NCBI GenBank assembly: GCA_002245135.1
Contig: NGBS01001161.1
Span: 248,001-312,000, forward strand
Reading direction: 5' to 3'
Length of the DNA: 64,000 bases
Source: Proteromonas lacertae
Taxonomy: Eukaryota
Shown here: one piece after another, positions 1 to 13,937 of the stretch
Position numbering within the stretch: the stretch's first letter is position 1
Layout of the letters: every line of letters starts with the position of its first letter
Notes under the pieces: model-generated
Seen by the model: the letters and a program-made list of their open reading frames with translations, nothing else
What the model was told of the DNA's origin: nothing
Database searches by the model: none
Translations under genes and position numbers: made by a program

Positions 1-142
1 ATTGTAACAAACCAAATCCCATTACAAAACAATATCAATCAAAGGGCAAGAAATAATCATCCCAATAAAGATATTCATTTATATATTCATACAGTAAGAG
101 AAGATATTTAAAATATAGTAATATTATTTAATATTTATTTAA

Positions 143-2820
143 TTATATTGTTTCATAAAGCTTCATATCTCCTAATGTTTTACCAATTTTCACTTTAACT
201 ACCAAAGGGACATTGAATTTAACCTTATAATTATTCTCCAAATAACGGATAACTTCTACTTCCATAATCTGTTTATATGTCTGTACTAAACTGGAAATTT
301 CTGTTGGAGGTAATACTGGTACTTGAATAACTAATTCATCATGTAATTGTAAAATCAGCTTGTATTTCTCACTTCTATTGGGGTTTAAACGATTCAGTGA
401 TTGTAATGAGTTGAATATTCCTATCATTGCATATTTTATAATGTCACTTGCACTTCCTTGAATAATACTATTAACAGCTTGTCTTTCAGCTCGACTATTC
501 AAAAAAAAATAAAAATTCTAAATGTATATACAACTTTTCAGATTCATTTTTACTATGGCAATTTGATATATATCTTCTTCTTCCCATTATACTCTTTATA
601 TAATTATTATATTGAATATCATTCTTCGTATTACATATGAATGACTTGATTCCTGGAAATTCTGATAGAAAATGATTCTTTAAATTTATTGCTTCATGTA
701 CTGTAATATTCAATTTCTCACTTATATCATTGATACCCATTCCATAGCAAATACCCTAAGCAAATAATATATATAAATATATATACTAACGTTATGCATT
801 TAGCATTATTTCTTTCTTTGTCATTTATATCTTTAATATTTTTATGGTATATTTTACTACTCACTAATCTATATATATCACCATCATAATTATTATTATC
901 TTTAAATAATTCCAACAGATGAACGTCATTACTATACTATATAAACAATAATAACAATAAAATATCCAATACATATGCCAATATTCTCATCTCTATCTGA
1001 TTATAATCAAATGATATAAATAATGTATTTTTATCACTATAAAACGCATTTCTTACATTGAAACTTAGTTTTTCATTTATTACTATATCTTCCTATTATT
1101 ATTATTATATAGATAATATATATATACAGAAGGCATATTTTGTATGTTTGGATTACACGAACTTAACCTCCCTGTTGATGTATTAATATGATTCCAATGT
1201 GAATATATATGATAAGAACCATCTGAGAATTCTCTACAACATTCATTATATCCATTTATATAAGTGCTATTATTAATATATTTTAGTGTATTATACTTCA
1301 GTATTTTCTGTAATTTTCTATACTCTATTATTAAATTCGGAAATTCATGTTGATCCTTTAATTTCTATATAATATTATATATATATACATATAACTTATC
1401 ATTATTATACATTTAATATATTCTTATTTGATGATAATTTCTTCATTTTGGATTTACTTTCATTCAATGATAAATGTAAAACATTAAACAATACATTACT
1501 CACCTGTTCACTTGATGATAAAAGAATTGGAGATGGTAATAATGAATTAGCTTTTATTTCAATCTTATTACACAATTCATTTATTATATTTTTATAACCA
1601 TTCATATATTCATAATTATAATTCAACCCTTCTATTTCTAACATTGATAGAATAGGAATAACTTTAGATTCAAGTGAAATGAATGTGAAATAGAGATGAT
1701 TGTTGATTAATTCAGTTTTAATCTTTTCGTAGAGTGATTTTATGATTAACAAATTGTATTTTAATGATTCTATTGACTGAACTTTATTAACTATATAACG
1801 AATAGAAAAAAATGAAAAAATATACTCGTTTCATTATTCAAATATTTCAAACACAAATCTTCAACTGTCATATTTATTGTTTCATTTTCACTATTTAATA
1901 TCCAATTAGCTATTTTAACATCTCTAATTCCTTGATATTCATCTACATAATTCATTACCGTTTTTATTGATTGTTGACAATCATAGCTAATTATTTCTCT
2001 TGAATTTCCTTTAAATATTGACTTATATAATTCTATTTTCATTTCATTTGTGATTTGCTTATTCGATATATTGAATGATAAAGATGGTATATAATAATAT
2101 TTATATTTATCTTTAATATTGTACATTATAAATAACCCTTTCCATTTTAACTACAATCTATTAAAGATTAACTTCTGATTATTTTATATTTAAAAATGAT
2201 ATATCTTCTGGTATTACTGATACTTGATAATTTTTGTGTTTTGATTGCTTTAATTGTAATAGAAAATGTGGTAACATATCATCTCCATATAATGAAAAAT
2301 ACCATATTCTCTTCACTTCGGTTTTTAGTTCAGCAATTACCGATTCATATACGCTTTGACTACTAAATGCATTATATGTTTTGCTCTAATATGTATTAGT
2401 TATAGTAATAATAATTCTACTGTGAATAACTGATGAAATAACAAAAATGAAGCTGAATCAGGATGATTTATTGTCTGAGAGAAACACTATTGTCTAGATG
2501 AAAAAATATGGTACTGATAGTATTGTTGATTGATTTTTAAGTTGTCTGCCCATCGTTTTTATTCTCTTCTTTGGCAAATCTACCACTTTTGGTAATAACT
2601 TAGTAATCACCTCGTCATTGTGAATTCTTTTACGTGTATTCAATGTAGCTGTTAGTGTTGATTTAATATTCGCTTTAACTTGATGATTTATGTCTATTTT
2701 CTTCTCTTTAACTAAATTCTCTGGATTTTTTATTTGTTCCCTCATTCTAAGCACTTCTAAAAAGCTTTGTGGAGGTTTAGGAGGTTCAAGCCTTGCTTTT
2801 AATCGAATAATCTCAAACAT
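143..2820 (-). CDS. Family A DNA polymerase (Pol nu/Pol theta polymerase-domain-like, no helicase), multi-exon
   Basis: Spliced motifs TSTGRLSSCNPNIQN, DYNQIEMRILA, AKCITL-GICYGMG, GRRRYI, AERQAVNSIIQGSASDIIK, LQLHDEL. Start codon uncertain. Confidence 0.85.
2151..2202 (-). other. Candidate U12-like intron (AT-AG, 52 nt)
   Basis: ATATCATTTTT...ATCTTTAAT-AGATTGTAG. Removal joins PED to LKWKG in frame. Longer GT-AG alternatives (67/73 nt) also fit. Confidence 0.55.
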
Positions 2821-2932
2821 AAAAAAAGTGATCAAACATAAAGCTTGATTTATTTTCAACATAAAAACAAGTAACTTATAAACAGAGTAGATTAGTAACA
2901 TATGATCTAGAAATTAATCTTATAAAATGAAT

Positions 2933-2940
2933 AACAAACA
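2933..2940 (-). terminator. TGTTTGTT putative 3'-end/polyadenylation motif
   Basis: Exact TGTTTGTT on the minus strand about 35 nt after the stop at 2975; matches the motif described downstream of Blastocystis poly(A) sites. Confidence 0.5.
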
Positions 2941-2974
2941 AATCATATACTAATTAAAAGTAATATAATATAAA

Positions 2975-5900
2975 TTAAAGTGTATAAACATCTACTAATT
3001 CAATTTCTTGTTCTTCTGTATCTTCAAATACAATAACTGGATATATTCCACCTACTGGCAAATCAGTAATGAACGAATCAAAATTCATATCACCAATAGT
3101 AATACACATCACTTTTCTAGTCATATCATACAATATTTCAACTGTCTTTCCTACTTCTAATTTCGGCATTTTCCTCATTACACCCATACCACATCTATAA
3201 GCGATTCCAGTACTTCCTCTATATACAAATAAATTATCAGATGTAGGAGGATGTGAATCAATAATAGGTAATAAAGCAGCACCAAATGAGATTAAGTTTC
3301 TACCTCTGATTAATTTATACTTAACACCAATAACTTCATCTTTCAATTCTTTATGAAGACATACATATTGATTCACTGCATGTGTTGATTTGCCTTTACC
3401 TCTACTAGTTACATGTCTTCCATGTAAATCAATCAATGGAGTACGATATTTTGGAGAGAAGAATACTATTAATAATAATAATATATATACTTGAATTTTC
3501 TGGTAAATTGTCTTTTATTGCTGGTTGATTATTGACTATTGTTATAACTTCTTTTACATCCATCAGTGTTAATGGTATTGTTTTAGCTAAACCTGTTAAT
3601 GGCTGAGTTTCTATTAAATAATATATATATATATATATAAATACTATCAACAACAGTAATTGATATATTTGTACAACATGAACCATATTCATTCGTAGCT
3701 GTAACAACATATTGTTGAATATCATGCTTTCTGGGAGCTCCAGTAAATACACCAGTTTCTTCATTGAATTCTAAACCATCATCTAATTCAGGTTCAATCT
3801 TATAAACTGTTGGATTGTTAATAACTTCAGGTTTGATTGGCTCTATTTCTTCATCTGAGAATAATGTGTATTTTGATTTTGGATATTGAAGTTTCTGTGG
3901 AACTGGTACTTCCACAACTTCAATAAATAATTCACAAGTTCCTTTACCACTTTCATTAGCTGCTTCAACGATATATTTAGTTTTATTAGATAATTGTTGA
4001 GGAATTCCACTTATTGTACCATTCTTTGGATCTATTTCAATACCATTTGGTAATAATGGAGAAATAACAAATGCATCAGCTCCATTCTCTAACTCAGGTA
4101 CAATATCTTCTTCTATATTCATATTCAAATAAAAAGTATATTCTTTATGAGGATAAACTATATTATGTGGTTTTGGAGTAACTATTTCTATTGATAATGA
4201 ACATTTTATCACACCAACTGAGTTACTGGCTGATATATTGTAAACTGCTTCTTCTTTTTCAGCCATTGGCTTTCCACTAATAATTCCACTAAACGAATCC
4301 ATTTCCAATCCATCAGGTAATGCTATTTATATAATAATAATAAATCTAATACGAGGAGATATTGTATAAACTGAAGCTGTATGATCAATCTGTGGTTTTA
4401 ATGGAGTAATATCTTTATTCACAAAGAATGTGAATTTATCACCACCATATTTCAACATCGTTGCAGCAACAGCAGCTATTTAATATATATATATATATAT
4501 ATATACTATCAACAAAGAAGGTAATTTTAGTTTCACATCTTCCTTTCTTACACAATGCAGTAATAGTATAATGATATTCACCAGAGAGTGAAGTTCTACC
4601 TGAGAATATACCAGTATTAGGATTGAATTTCAAACCATTCGATATTTCAGGTTCAATAACAAACTGATCAACATTACCTAAATAAGAAGGTTTTATCTCT
4701 TTAACTCCATAATATAATGGTAATCTATATTCATCTTGTGGATATTTTAATCTGATTGCATATGGTGGTTCTAATACTTCAAATGATATTTGTGTTGTAT
4801 CTGATCCAAATGGATTACTGGCTCTTATTGTTAATACTGTTTTAGTCATTGTTTCTTCAGCAACTCCACTAATTTCACCAGTTTCACTATTAAATGTCAA
4901 ACCTTTAGGCAAGCCTGGTACTAGTAAATATTCTAAAACTGGATAAGTAACAGTTGGAACAATATTATCTACTTTAGCATCTAAATAAAATGAATAAGAT
5001 GTTTGTGGATATTTCAAATCCTTTGGAGCTAATGCACCACATACATATAGATTTATTTCTGTTGAAGATTCACCAAATGTATTTCTACCTGTTATTGTAT
5101 ATTTCACATTATCTACAGACATCATTGGCCTGCCTAATATCTCACCTGAATCTTGATTTAAATATAAACCTTCACAAAGACGAGGTGTAATTTCAAATTC
5201 GTGACAATTCAATACATAAGGTACAATAGGTTTCATTTCTGCTTCTTGTTCTATCATATATACTTTTCTATCATATTTAATAACAGGTAATAAAGCTATA
5301 ATAATAATAATAATAAATCACAAAAATATACTTTTAGTTTGAATTCCATGTTCAAATTTATCTAACTCATCATTAGTACTTCTAACTACAGAAATAGTTA
5401 AAGAAGTTACAACAAATCCAAATATATTCTTTGCTTGAACAATATATGTTCTAGTAGGAGATAACTGTGGAGTACCTGATAAAACACCTGTTTTTTCATT
5501 GAAATATAAACCAGCAGGTAATTCTTTGGGGGAAATAGAAAATGAATCAGCATGACCTTTATAATTTGGTTTTAATGGAGTAATAACATGATTAAATATA
5601 AATTCTGCTTTACTAGGAACATATCTAAAATCAGATGGTGGTGCACCTTTCACTTTAATTTGAAATTCATATGGATAATACTCTTTATGATATTTCATTA
5701 CAACTTTATATTTAATAGATGGTTGTATTTGTACAGGTGTTCCTGATATAACTCCTGTTTGTATATTTAATAACAATCCATCAGGTAAAGATGGTTCACA
5801 GAGAAATGTTCCTTTTTCACAATTAGTTTCAGGTGTAATTGGATCAATTCTTTCTCCAACATAAAACTTGTATTTATATTCTGAATAACTGAACTTAATA

Positions 5901-7242
5901 CGATCTAATACATCTACTTCTGACAATAATTCTAATGGAATATCTTCTAATTTCATTTTTTTCTTTTCTTCTTTTGGTTTTTCAATTTCTGGGTAGAATT
6001 TTGATGTTTTCATGTATAAAGATATATCTTTTTTATTTATATCTTCTTTTTGTTGTTGTACTCTTTGTTTATTATTAACATATAAGTCCATTAATTCCAT
6101 TTGAACTTCATTTCTTCTTAATAACCAATTTGCTTTACCAATTGTTAATTGTCTGAAGTAATTCTGTAAATAAACCAACGGGAATAACACTGATGGTGAA
6201 TTAGTAACAGATCTTTTAAAATCAACAAATTCTAATCCTTTTGTCAATTGTTGTAAACGTAAATATGGTTTATAATTCAACATAAACAATTTCAATTCTT
6301 TTACTAAACATGCATTATAATATGACTTTCCTAATTCAGGTTCTCTTAATTCCCTAAATCTTGCTGTTAATTTATCAATATTAATAAACTCAGTATTATC
6401 AGATTCTCTAAAATCAGTTCTTAAAAATTCAAATGCTAATCTAATCAAATCAGATTCAGTCATTAAACATAATATTTCTATTGAATATATAAATTCATCA
6501 ACTTTTAATCTCAATGGATGTACTTGTGGTGTTAAGAAGAAGAAGGATTTTATTAACAATGCTTTTGCTATAGATTCATTACTCTCACCAATATAATATT
6601 CCAAATCTGTAAAATTAATTTCTCCTCGTCCTTCTATATCTATTGCACTGAATAATGAATAAAATCGTTCTTCTTGAGCATGTGTAAATGGTTTACCTAT
6701 CAATCTCTTTCTATCTAGTAATACAATATCATTTAGAGAGAAATTCTCTGATAAATATAAATATCTGTAATAATAATGTCCAAAATAAGAGGCACGTAAT
6801 CGCATATTACGTTCTACTGGTTTATCTTCATCCAAGTATTTCTATTATTGTTTAATTTATATAGACATATGAAGTATACATTATATATGCTAATTAGATA
6901 TTTTAACTCACGTACTGGATTCTTTACAACCACTGTGTATTTTCTACACTATTCAGAATAGAGAAGAATGTGTAATACCTGAATAATAGCTTCTACTGGA
7001 TATGGAATCTGAAAATCTAGATGATAATATGGTGCGTAAATATACGTTCTACATTTCTCTTTCACTTTTCTATCTTCATCATAAATATGTGCAAACATAA
7101 GTAAGCATTTTCTCATCTAAAGCGATAATATTGATTTAATAGATACATTTTCATCTGATAGTTCGGCAAATTCTTGTACAGTTTTGGGAATAGGTACTAC
7201 AGCATCATAATAGACATTTTGACTTGATTGTTCATTTCCCAT
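2975..7242 (-). CDS. Putatively N-myristoylated EF-hand protein with 8 putative Ig (He_PIG-like) repeats and a C-terminal SPRY-like domain
   Basis: Starts MGNEQS. EF-hand DIEGRGEINFTDL. Eight LPxGLxxxxxTGxISGxP-type repeats. C-terminal GKTVEILYDMTRKVMCITI...IYPVIVF. Exons are joined by GT-AG micro-introns. Confidence 0.7.
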
Positions 7243-7368
7243 TATGACTATTTATTTTTTGATTGATTTTAGTAATGATAAATTACTCTAAATAACCAAC
7301 GTATCAAAAAATAAAAATCTGATCAAGCTTAACTCAAACTTCGAGCTTCTATTAATAAGTTTGAAGCA

Positions 7369-8105
7369 ATGTCTGAAGCGTATGCAAAGGCAAAAGGAGG
7401 TAGATTAAAGATTAAAGGGGTTGAAATAGCACCGTATTTAATAAAATGATATTTTTATAGTAAAAAACACAAGCATCACCATCATCATCATAAAAAAGAA
7501 GAAAAAGAAGAAAAAGAAGATGTATTTATGTTTAATTTATTTTTAGGAATATAATTTACAACGATTTGTTGGAAAAGGAAGAATCTTATCAAGTGGTACA
7601 GTAATAACTGGAAGTGGAACAGCATTTCAAACAGAATTATCATCTGGAGATGCTTTGATCATTCAACATCCTACAACGTATTGTTTTACTGTGTATTGTT
7701 TTTTCAATTAGTTTAACAGAAGAAGTAAGAATAGTTAAAATGGTTGTGAGTGATTTGTCTTGTGCAATAAATGTTCCATTTTCTTCAGATTTAATATCCA
7801 ATACAGCCTTCGAATATATCAAAAAACCAAAAGAGAAAGTAGATCCAAAGCTTCTCGAGAAAGAAAAACGTGATAAATTAATTAAAGAAGAAGAAGATGC
7901 TTTTGGAACTTATGCTGGAAATTTAGGAACTACGTTTACGTATATGATTAAGAAATCTGGTCCATATGGAGGATGTAAAATTATAACAGAAGTATAATTG
8001 TCTATTTTAATGTAAATAATTATATAGAAAACTAAAAGGAAGATGACAAGAGAAGAATTATTAGATGAAAGATGTAAAAAGAAAGCTGATAGACATTGTA
8101 TGTAA
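7369..8105 (+). CDS. Conserved hypothetical basic protein with FRG1-like termini
   Basis: MSEAYAKAKGGRLKIKG...KKHKHHHHHH...TREELLDERCKKKADRHCM; several micro-introns. Confidence 0.55.
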
Positions 8106-8312
8106 GATTTATTTATAATAACGAATGAATTTATTAAAGATCTTAATTATTTTTTCTAATATTCACTTATAAGATAGATAATAGAGATTTTAATATTTTT
8201 TGGTGTTTGAAAAATGAAATTGGTTATTGAAAACAAATAGTAATTTCTTTCATTTTCTCTATTAGTATCTAAAAATCTAAATAATTTCTATTAACAAATT
8301 GATATCTATAAA

Positions 8313-9668
8313 ATGCTTAATAAAATAACAAAGGTTTCTACAAGATCTGTTACTCAATTGGCAATGAAAACAACAGAAAAGAATATAATAGTAAATCAAA
8401 ACACTCAAAAGTTGTTATCATATTCTTTACAATTTGTTGATATTAATTATTTTACTAAAAAGAATAAAGTGTATTTAGATTGTTATAATCAGAAAATAAC
8501 GCATTATAAAGATCCACATTTATTATCATCTATAAAAATATACTATTCAATATCATTTTTTCAAATGTATATAAGATAATATCCCTAATTGTTTTATTCA
8601 TCTTCTAATTTGAGAAATAATTATTTATGTTCCACAATAAATTTTGATCAAATAGAAATAATTAAAAGTATATATATACTATATAATAATTCTTAACTGA
8701 TAATAAATAGAAAGAGAAAATCTTCATGGATTGGTAGAAATGTATAGTAATTACTTTCCTCATATAAATAAATATATTTTCTGTTGTAAAACTATTGAAT
8801 TACCAGTAAAAGTATTATTATTATTATTTATATATTATTTTGACATTTACTTTATATTGTTATAGAATTATTTACAAACAAATCACAAAACAATTTATCA
8901 TATGTCATTTGTTACAAATACATTGAATAGAAAGAGTGGGAATTGTAATTTAGATATTGTTATTCCTAATGTACGACACAGTTTATCGAATGAATTAATT
9001 GATGTCATTAGTAAATCAATTGCAACTTACACAAGTGAAACAGTTGATATTAATTTAATAAGAAAAAGTATAGATTTGTTATCATCTCAACCAATACCAT
9101 TTACTGATAAAGAAATTAACATGTTCTTCAGAAATCACAGTGTTTCCCAAAATAATTATCGTTTTGGTAAAATATATCATAAAGTATTACCCTCTTTATC
9201 ATTGTTGTTATGCCTGAAAACACAATTATTTCCATATTTTAAAGAAATTTATGAAACTGTAAAAATGATATTATATCACAACAAATATAAGTGTAATAAT
9301 CAATCTATTATTGATTATTTATCTTATACATACAATCGAGATGATGTATTTCTTTCATAATTGTTGATTTGATAGGTTAAATATTGCATGAAAAAGTTGA
9401 TAGATTGGAAATTAATAGAGATGAATGAGAATAAAGAATATGTTCAATTACCAAATTCCATTTTAAATAGTAGAATATTTTTAAAAAAGCTTATACAATA
9501 TGCTTATAAAGTAGCTCCAGAAGTGGCAAATAAATTAAAGGTAAATGACTGGATTGAATATATTTATGGATCTAATGTAATAGTATTATTGAAAAATAGA
9601 ATTTATATATATAATAGATTCGAGACAATGACAGAAAAGAATTATATGATGTATTACTACTTAATTAA
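8313..9668 (+). CDS. Hypothetical protein, possibly mitochondrion-targeted
   Basis: Exon chain linked by micro-introns; basic, Ser/Thr-rich N-terminus (MLNKITKVSTRSVTQL). No family recognised. Confidence 0.5.
8550..8597 (+). other. Candidate U12-like intron (AT-AT, 48 nt)
   Basis: ATATCATTTTTT...ATCCCTAAT-TGTTTTAT; removes an in-frame TAA. A 48-nt GT-GAG alternative (8567-8614) also restores frame. Confidence 0.5.
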
Positions 9669-9717
9669 TTTTGATTGTTTTTTTAAGAGGAAAATTATTT
9701 GGCTTGATACTTAAAAT

Positions 9718-10973
9718 ATGAACAAATTCATTTCTTCTTCGAACTTCTTAAGATACAAGGCTTTATACGAGTCAAAACGATTTGCTTCAAATAGTTTGAC
9801 TTATAAATTGCCAAAATATGATTTACATAGTATAATTGCGTAATACTTATCTAAAATCTTTACCTAGAGATTGAATCTCCTCCAAATACAATTGAAATCA
9901 ACAAAGAAGAGTGTTTAGATATGATAAAAAAGATGTACACAATAAGAAGAATGGAAATGACATGTGATTCAGAATACAAGCAGAAACACATACGTGGTTA
10001 TTGTCATTTATATGATGGCCAAGTATAACTAATAATTAATGAATTATTGAATTAATAGGAAGCTGTAGCTATAGGAATCGAAAAAACTTTACCTTCTCCA
10101 AATGATCTTATGACAAGTTATCGATGTCATGCACAACAATATTTAAGAAGTGGTGCAAATCAAGAAGCAATTGTATCTGTACTAGGAGAACTGTTAGGAA
10201 GATCATGTGGTTTCTGTAAAGGATTTGGTGGTTCTATGCACTTAGTTAACAAAGAAAAACACTTTTGGGGAGGTATTGGAATTGTTGGTTCACAAGTACC
10301 AATTGGAGCAGGATTAGCTTTAGCTAATAAATACTTAGAAAATGGTAATGTAGCTATTACTCTGTGTGGAGATGGTGCTTCTAATCAAGGCCAAGTGTAT
10401 GAAACTATGAATTTGGCTAACTTATATAAACTGCCTTTAATTATTGGGATTGAAAATAACCAATTTTCTATGGGTAGTTCTATTCATTATACTAGCAGCA
10501 ATAATAAATATTATACGATTGGAAACTATATTCCTGGTATTAAAGTTGATGGTATGAATGTATTTCATGTTATTAATGCTGTAAAATATGCTAAAGAATA
10601 TGCTCTTAAAAATGGTCCTATTATATTGGAAGTATAAATTCATACACTTTTAATTCTATAGTTTAATACTTACAGATATCATGGCCATTCTATGAGTGAT
10701 CCTGGCACTACATACAGATCTAAAGCAGAAATACAACATGTAAGAAAGACCAACGATTGTATCAATAACTTGAAACAAATAATGATTGATAATAAACTAG
10801 CAACAGAGAATGAGATACTAGAAATAGAAAATAGAGCAAAGAATGATGTTCAAAATGCTTTAAAAGAAGTGCTAAACAGTAAACCACCTGATGATTCATA
10901 TTATAAGAAGTTTATATACTCTGATTGCGATACCAATAACATTAAAACTTGTTCAATTAGAGATATTGATTAA
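9718..10973 (+). CDS. PDHA1: Pyruvate dehydrogenase E1 alpha subunit, mitochondrial-type
   Basis: GYCHLYDGQEA, YRCH, KGFGGSMH, GDGASNQGQ, ENNQFSMG, YRYHGHSMSDPG; presequence-like N-terminus. Confidence 0.95.
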
Positions 10974-11169
10974 AATAAATATCTTTAATGTCTCTTTTTT
11001 CTCTTTTCTCTCTAAAATTCTATAAACCGTTATATAAACATAATAAAAAATAATACACATTCTCTAAGTAATTTTAATACATTTATTCATCTATAAAATG
11101 AATTTAGAATATAAAGTCGTTTCATTTAAAATCTATTTTGATATTTTGGTTTAATAGCTTATTCTGCCA

Positions 11170-13896
11170 ATGTATTTAGTTACTGCTAAAGTTATTTGCA
11201 TGCTATTTGTTATGGTAAACATAATCCCTGTAACTAGCTCTTCTAATATTACTAATACACAATATCTTGATTGGGTATATTTAAATGAATGTATATACTA
11301 TTTTATAATAACTCAATAGCCTATAAGGATAAAATCTATATAAAACAGTATAATGGTCAAAGCAGAATGTTTGCATTAGTAGATATTGACGAAAATTCTG
11401 AGATATTTTTTATTCCCAGAAATAGATTAATGTATAATATGATACTGATAATATTATAATAGATCAAGAGAATCAGTGTTAGAATCATATCCAAGCAATA
11501 TTTCAAGTGAGATTGATGCTATTGATTCAGATTATTACATTCTTGCTATGTATTTGATGAGTGAATATGCTAAAGGCAATGAGAGCAGTTGGTATCCATA
11601 CATAAAAGTCTTGCCAAAGAGAATGTTCAATTCATTATATTTCAATGACAATAATCTAAATGAGCTTCAAAATAATGATTTAAAAAAGAAAATTCTAAAA
11701 CATATTAAAGAAACTAGAAAAATATACAATGAATTTTATAATAATGGAACAATCAAATATTTCTTCTCTCAATCTTTAGATAAATATTATAAGTATTCTA
11801 CTTACAGTATTTTTAGATGGTCATTATCTATTGTGTATTCTTACGGCATATTGATAGATGGAAGTCAATATTTTATTCCAACAATGGAACAGTTACAGCC
11901 AGTTAATTTTTATTCATTCAATGAATATGACAACAACAAAAACTATCATGTATTAGATAATGAAGGATTTCATCTATATTCAAATAAGAAGGTATTTAAA
12001 AATGAAATAATTGAAGAGCCAATTATAAATACTCCTAATTCTATGTATTTAGAATATTTAGGAGGATTAATATTTCCCAATCCATCAGATTGTATTGATT
12101 TTACTCTTCCTGCTCCAAGAATAAGTATGATATTATATTATAATCTATAACTAGAAAATCAATACAAAATATTGCATAATCTTGGTTATGAAATGCCATT
12201 TCATGTGTGTTTATCAATGAACATGTTGTTATCAAAGAAGGTATTGATGTATATATATGCTTTGTTCATGTCAAGTGATTGGGCATTAAAGTGTTTAAAT
12301 AATAATATAGTAGTTAGAGGGTTAATCAATCCACCGCAATTGGATTATTGTTTTTGGTCAGAAGATTCTCAGATTGATAGAATACAAGCAAATATACAAT
12401 TGAATTATTTACTTACTAAGTATAAAGAAAAATATTCCACATCATTAGAAGATGATTTGAATTTATACAAAAGAATATATGGAAGAATTGATAATATTGA
12501 TGATATTGAGATTAATTACTCCAATAGATCTAATACTCAAGACATTATAATGCAGAATATATTACTATATAGAATAAATCAGAAATTGATAATTACTAGC
12601 ATGATATCTACGACATTACCACAAAATACATATCACAATACCTCTTTATTCATAACTTATTATTATGATAAAGTAAAATTGACAATGTTCAATGAGTGGT
12701 TTTATAACCAAAATATCTCTTCAAACTCAAAAAATATGATTCAAAGTGACTTATTTCCAAATTATAGATATGGATTAAGAAGCAAAAGGAAGATAAGAAA
12801 GAATGAAATATTCTTGTCTATGTCTGATGATATTTTGTTAAATAGAAAATCTGTTCATAGTAATATAACGATATTATTTCCATTATTAAAGAATGAAATA
12901 GGTTACGATGATGAGTATATGAATATTATATTATTGTTTTTGTATGAAAAGCATTTAGGAGAAAATTCATTTTGGTATCCATACATGTCAATGTTACCTA
13001 AGCTAACTGAATTGAATTATCCTATTCTTTATAATGATAAATATTTAGTTGAACTATATGGATCTGATTTACAAGAATATATAACATTATATCAGCTTGA
13101 TCTTAAACAGAAATACGAAAAATATAAAAGAATTTTATCAAATTACATTGACATATATCCAGTTGAAATATTGGATGATTTTAATTCATTTGTATGGTGT
13201 AATGCATTAGTTAATTCAAGGAGTATATATTTGAACAATATATATAATTTCATTCCAATGTATGATTTAATTAATTGGAGTGATAAAAGAAATAGAGAAA
13301 ATGAAAATTTGAACAATATATTATGGAATGAAGAAATACATTTTATGCAGTTCTTTTTTAATGGTGAAGTTGTAAATAATCAATTACTAATGTTTGATAA
13401 TCAACCAAATTACATTCACTTTGTATATCATGGATTTATCTCCGAAATACCTATAGAAGAAGATTGTGTATATGTTTCATTAAGATTAAATCAATATGAT
13501 AAGGATTATATTGTGAAAATAAAACAATTGAAAAACTATAACATATATAACACTCATTTTCAATTTTGTTTGAATAGTGATACTATACAATCTAATAATT
13601 TTAGATTGATATATTCTATTCTAAACATGATAGATTTAAATGATGATGAAAAATATCTAAAATCAATATACAGATATATTGGTGATAAAATAAATACATA
13701 CACAACATCTATTGAAAGTGATGAAATGCTTTTAAAGTATATATAAATATAAAATGTCTGTTTACTCTTTATATATAGATCAATAAGTGATGAGAATATG
13801 AAAATTATAATCAAATATAGAATAATTGAGAAGAAAATTCTATCTGAAATGTATTATTTCTTGTTCAGAAGTGATGCATCTAATAATTTAAACTGA
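11170..13896 (+). CDS. Signal-peptide protein with two tandem SET (Rubisco LSMT/SETD3-like) domains
   Basis: Hydrophobic N-terminus. Twice SxWYPYxxxLP, FxW, and SxExD...YRIxxKxI LSMT substrate-binding-type tails. Confidence 0.75.
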
Positions 13897-13937
13897 TTTT
13901 CAACAACAACATATTTATAATATTAATTAATAATTAA

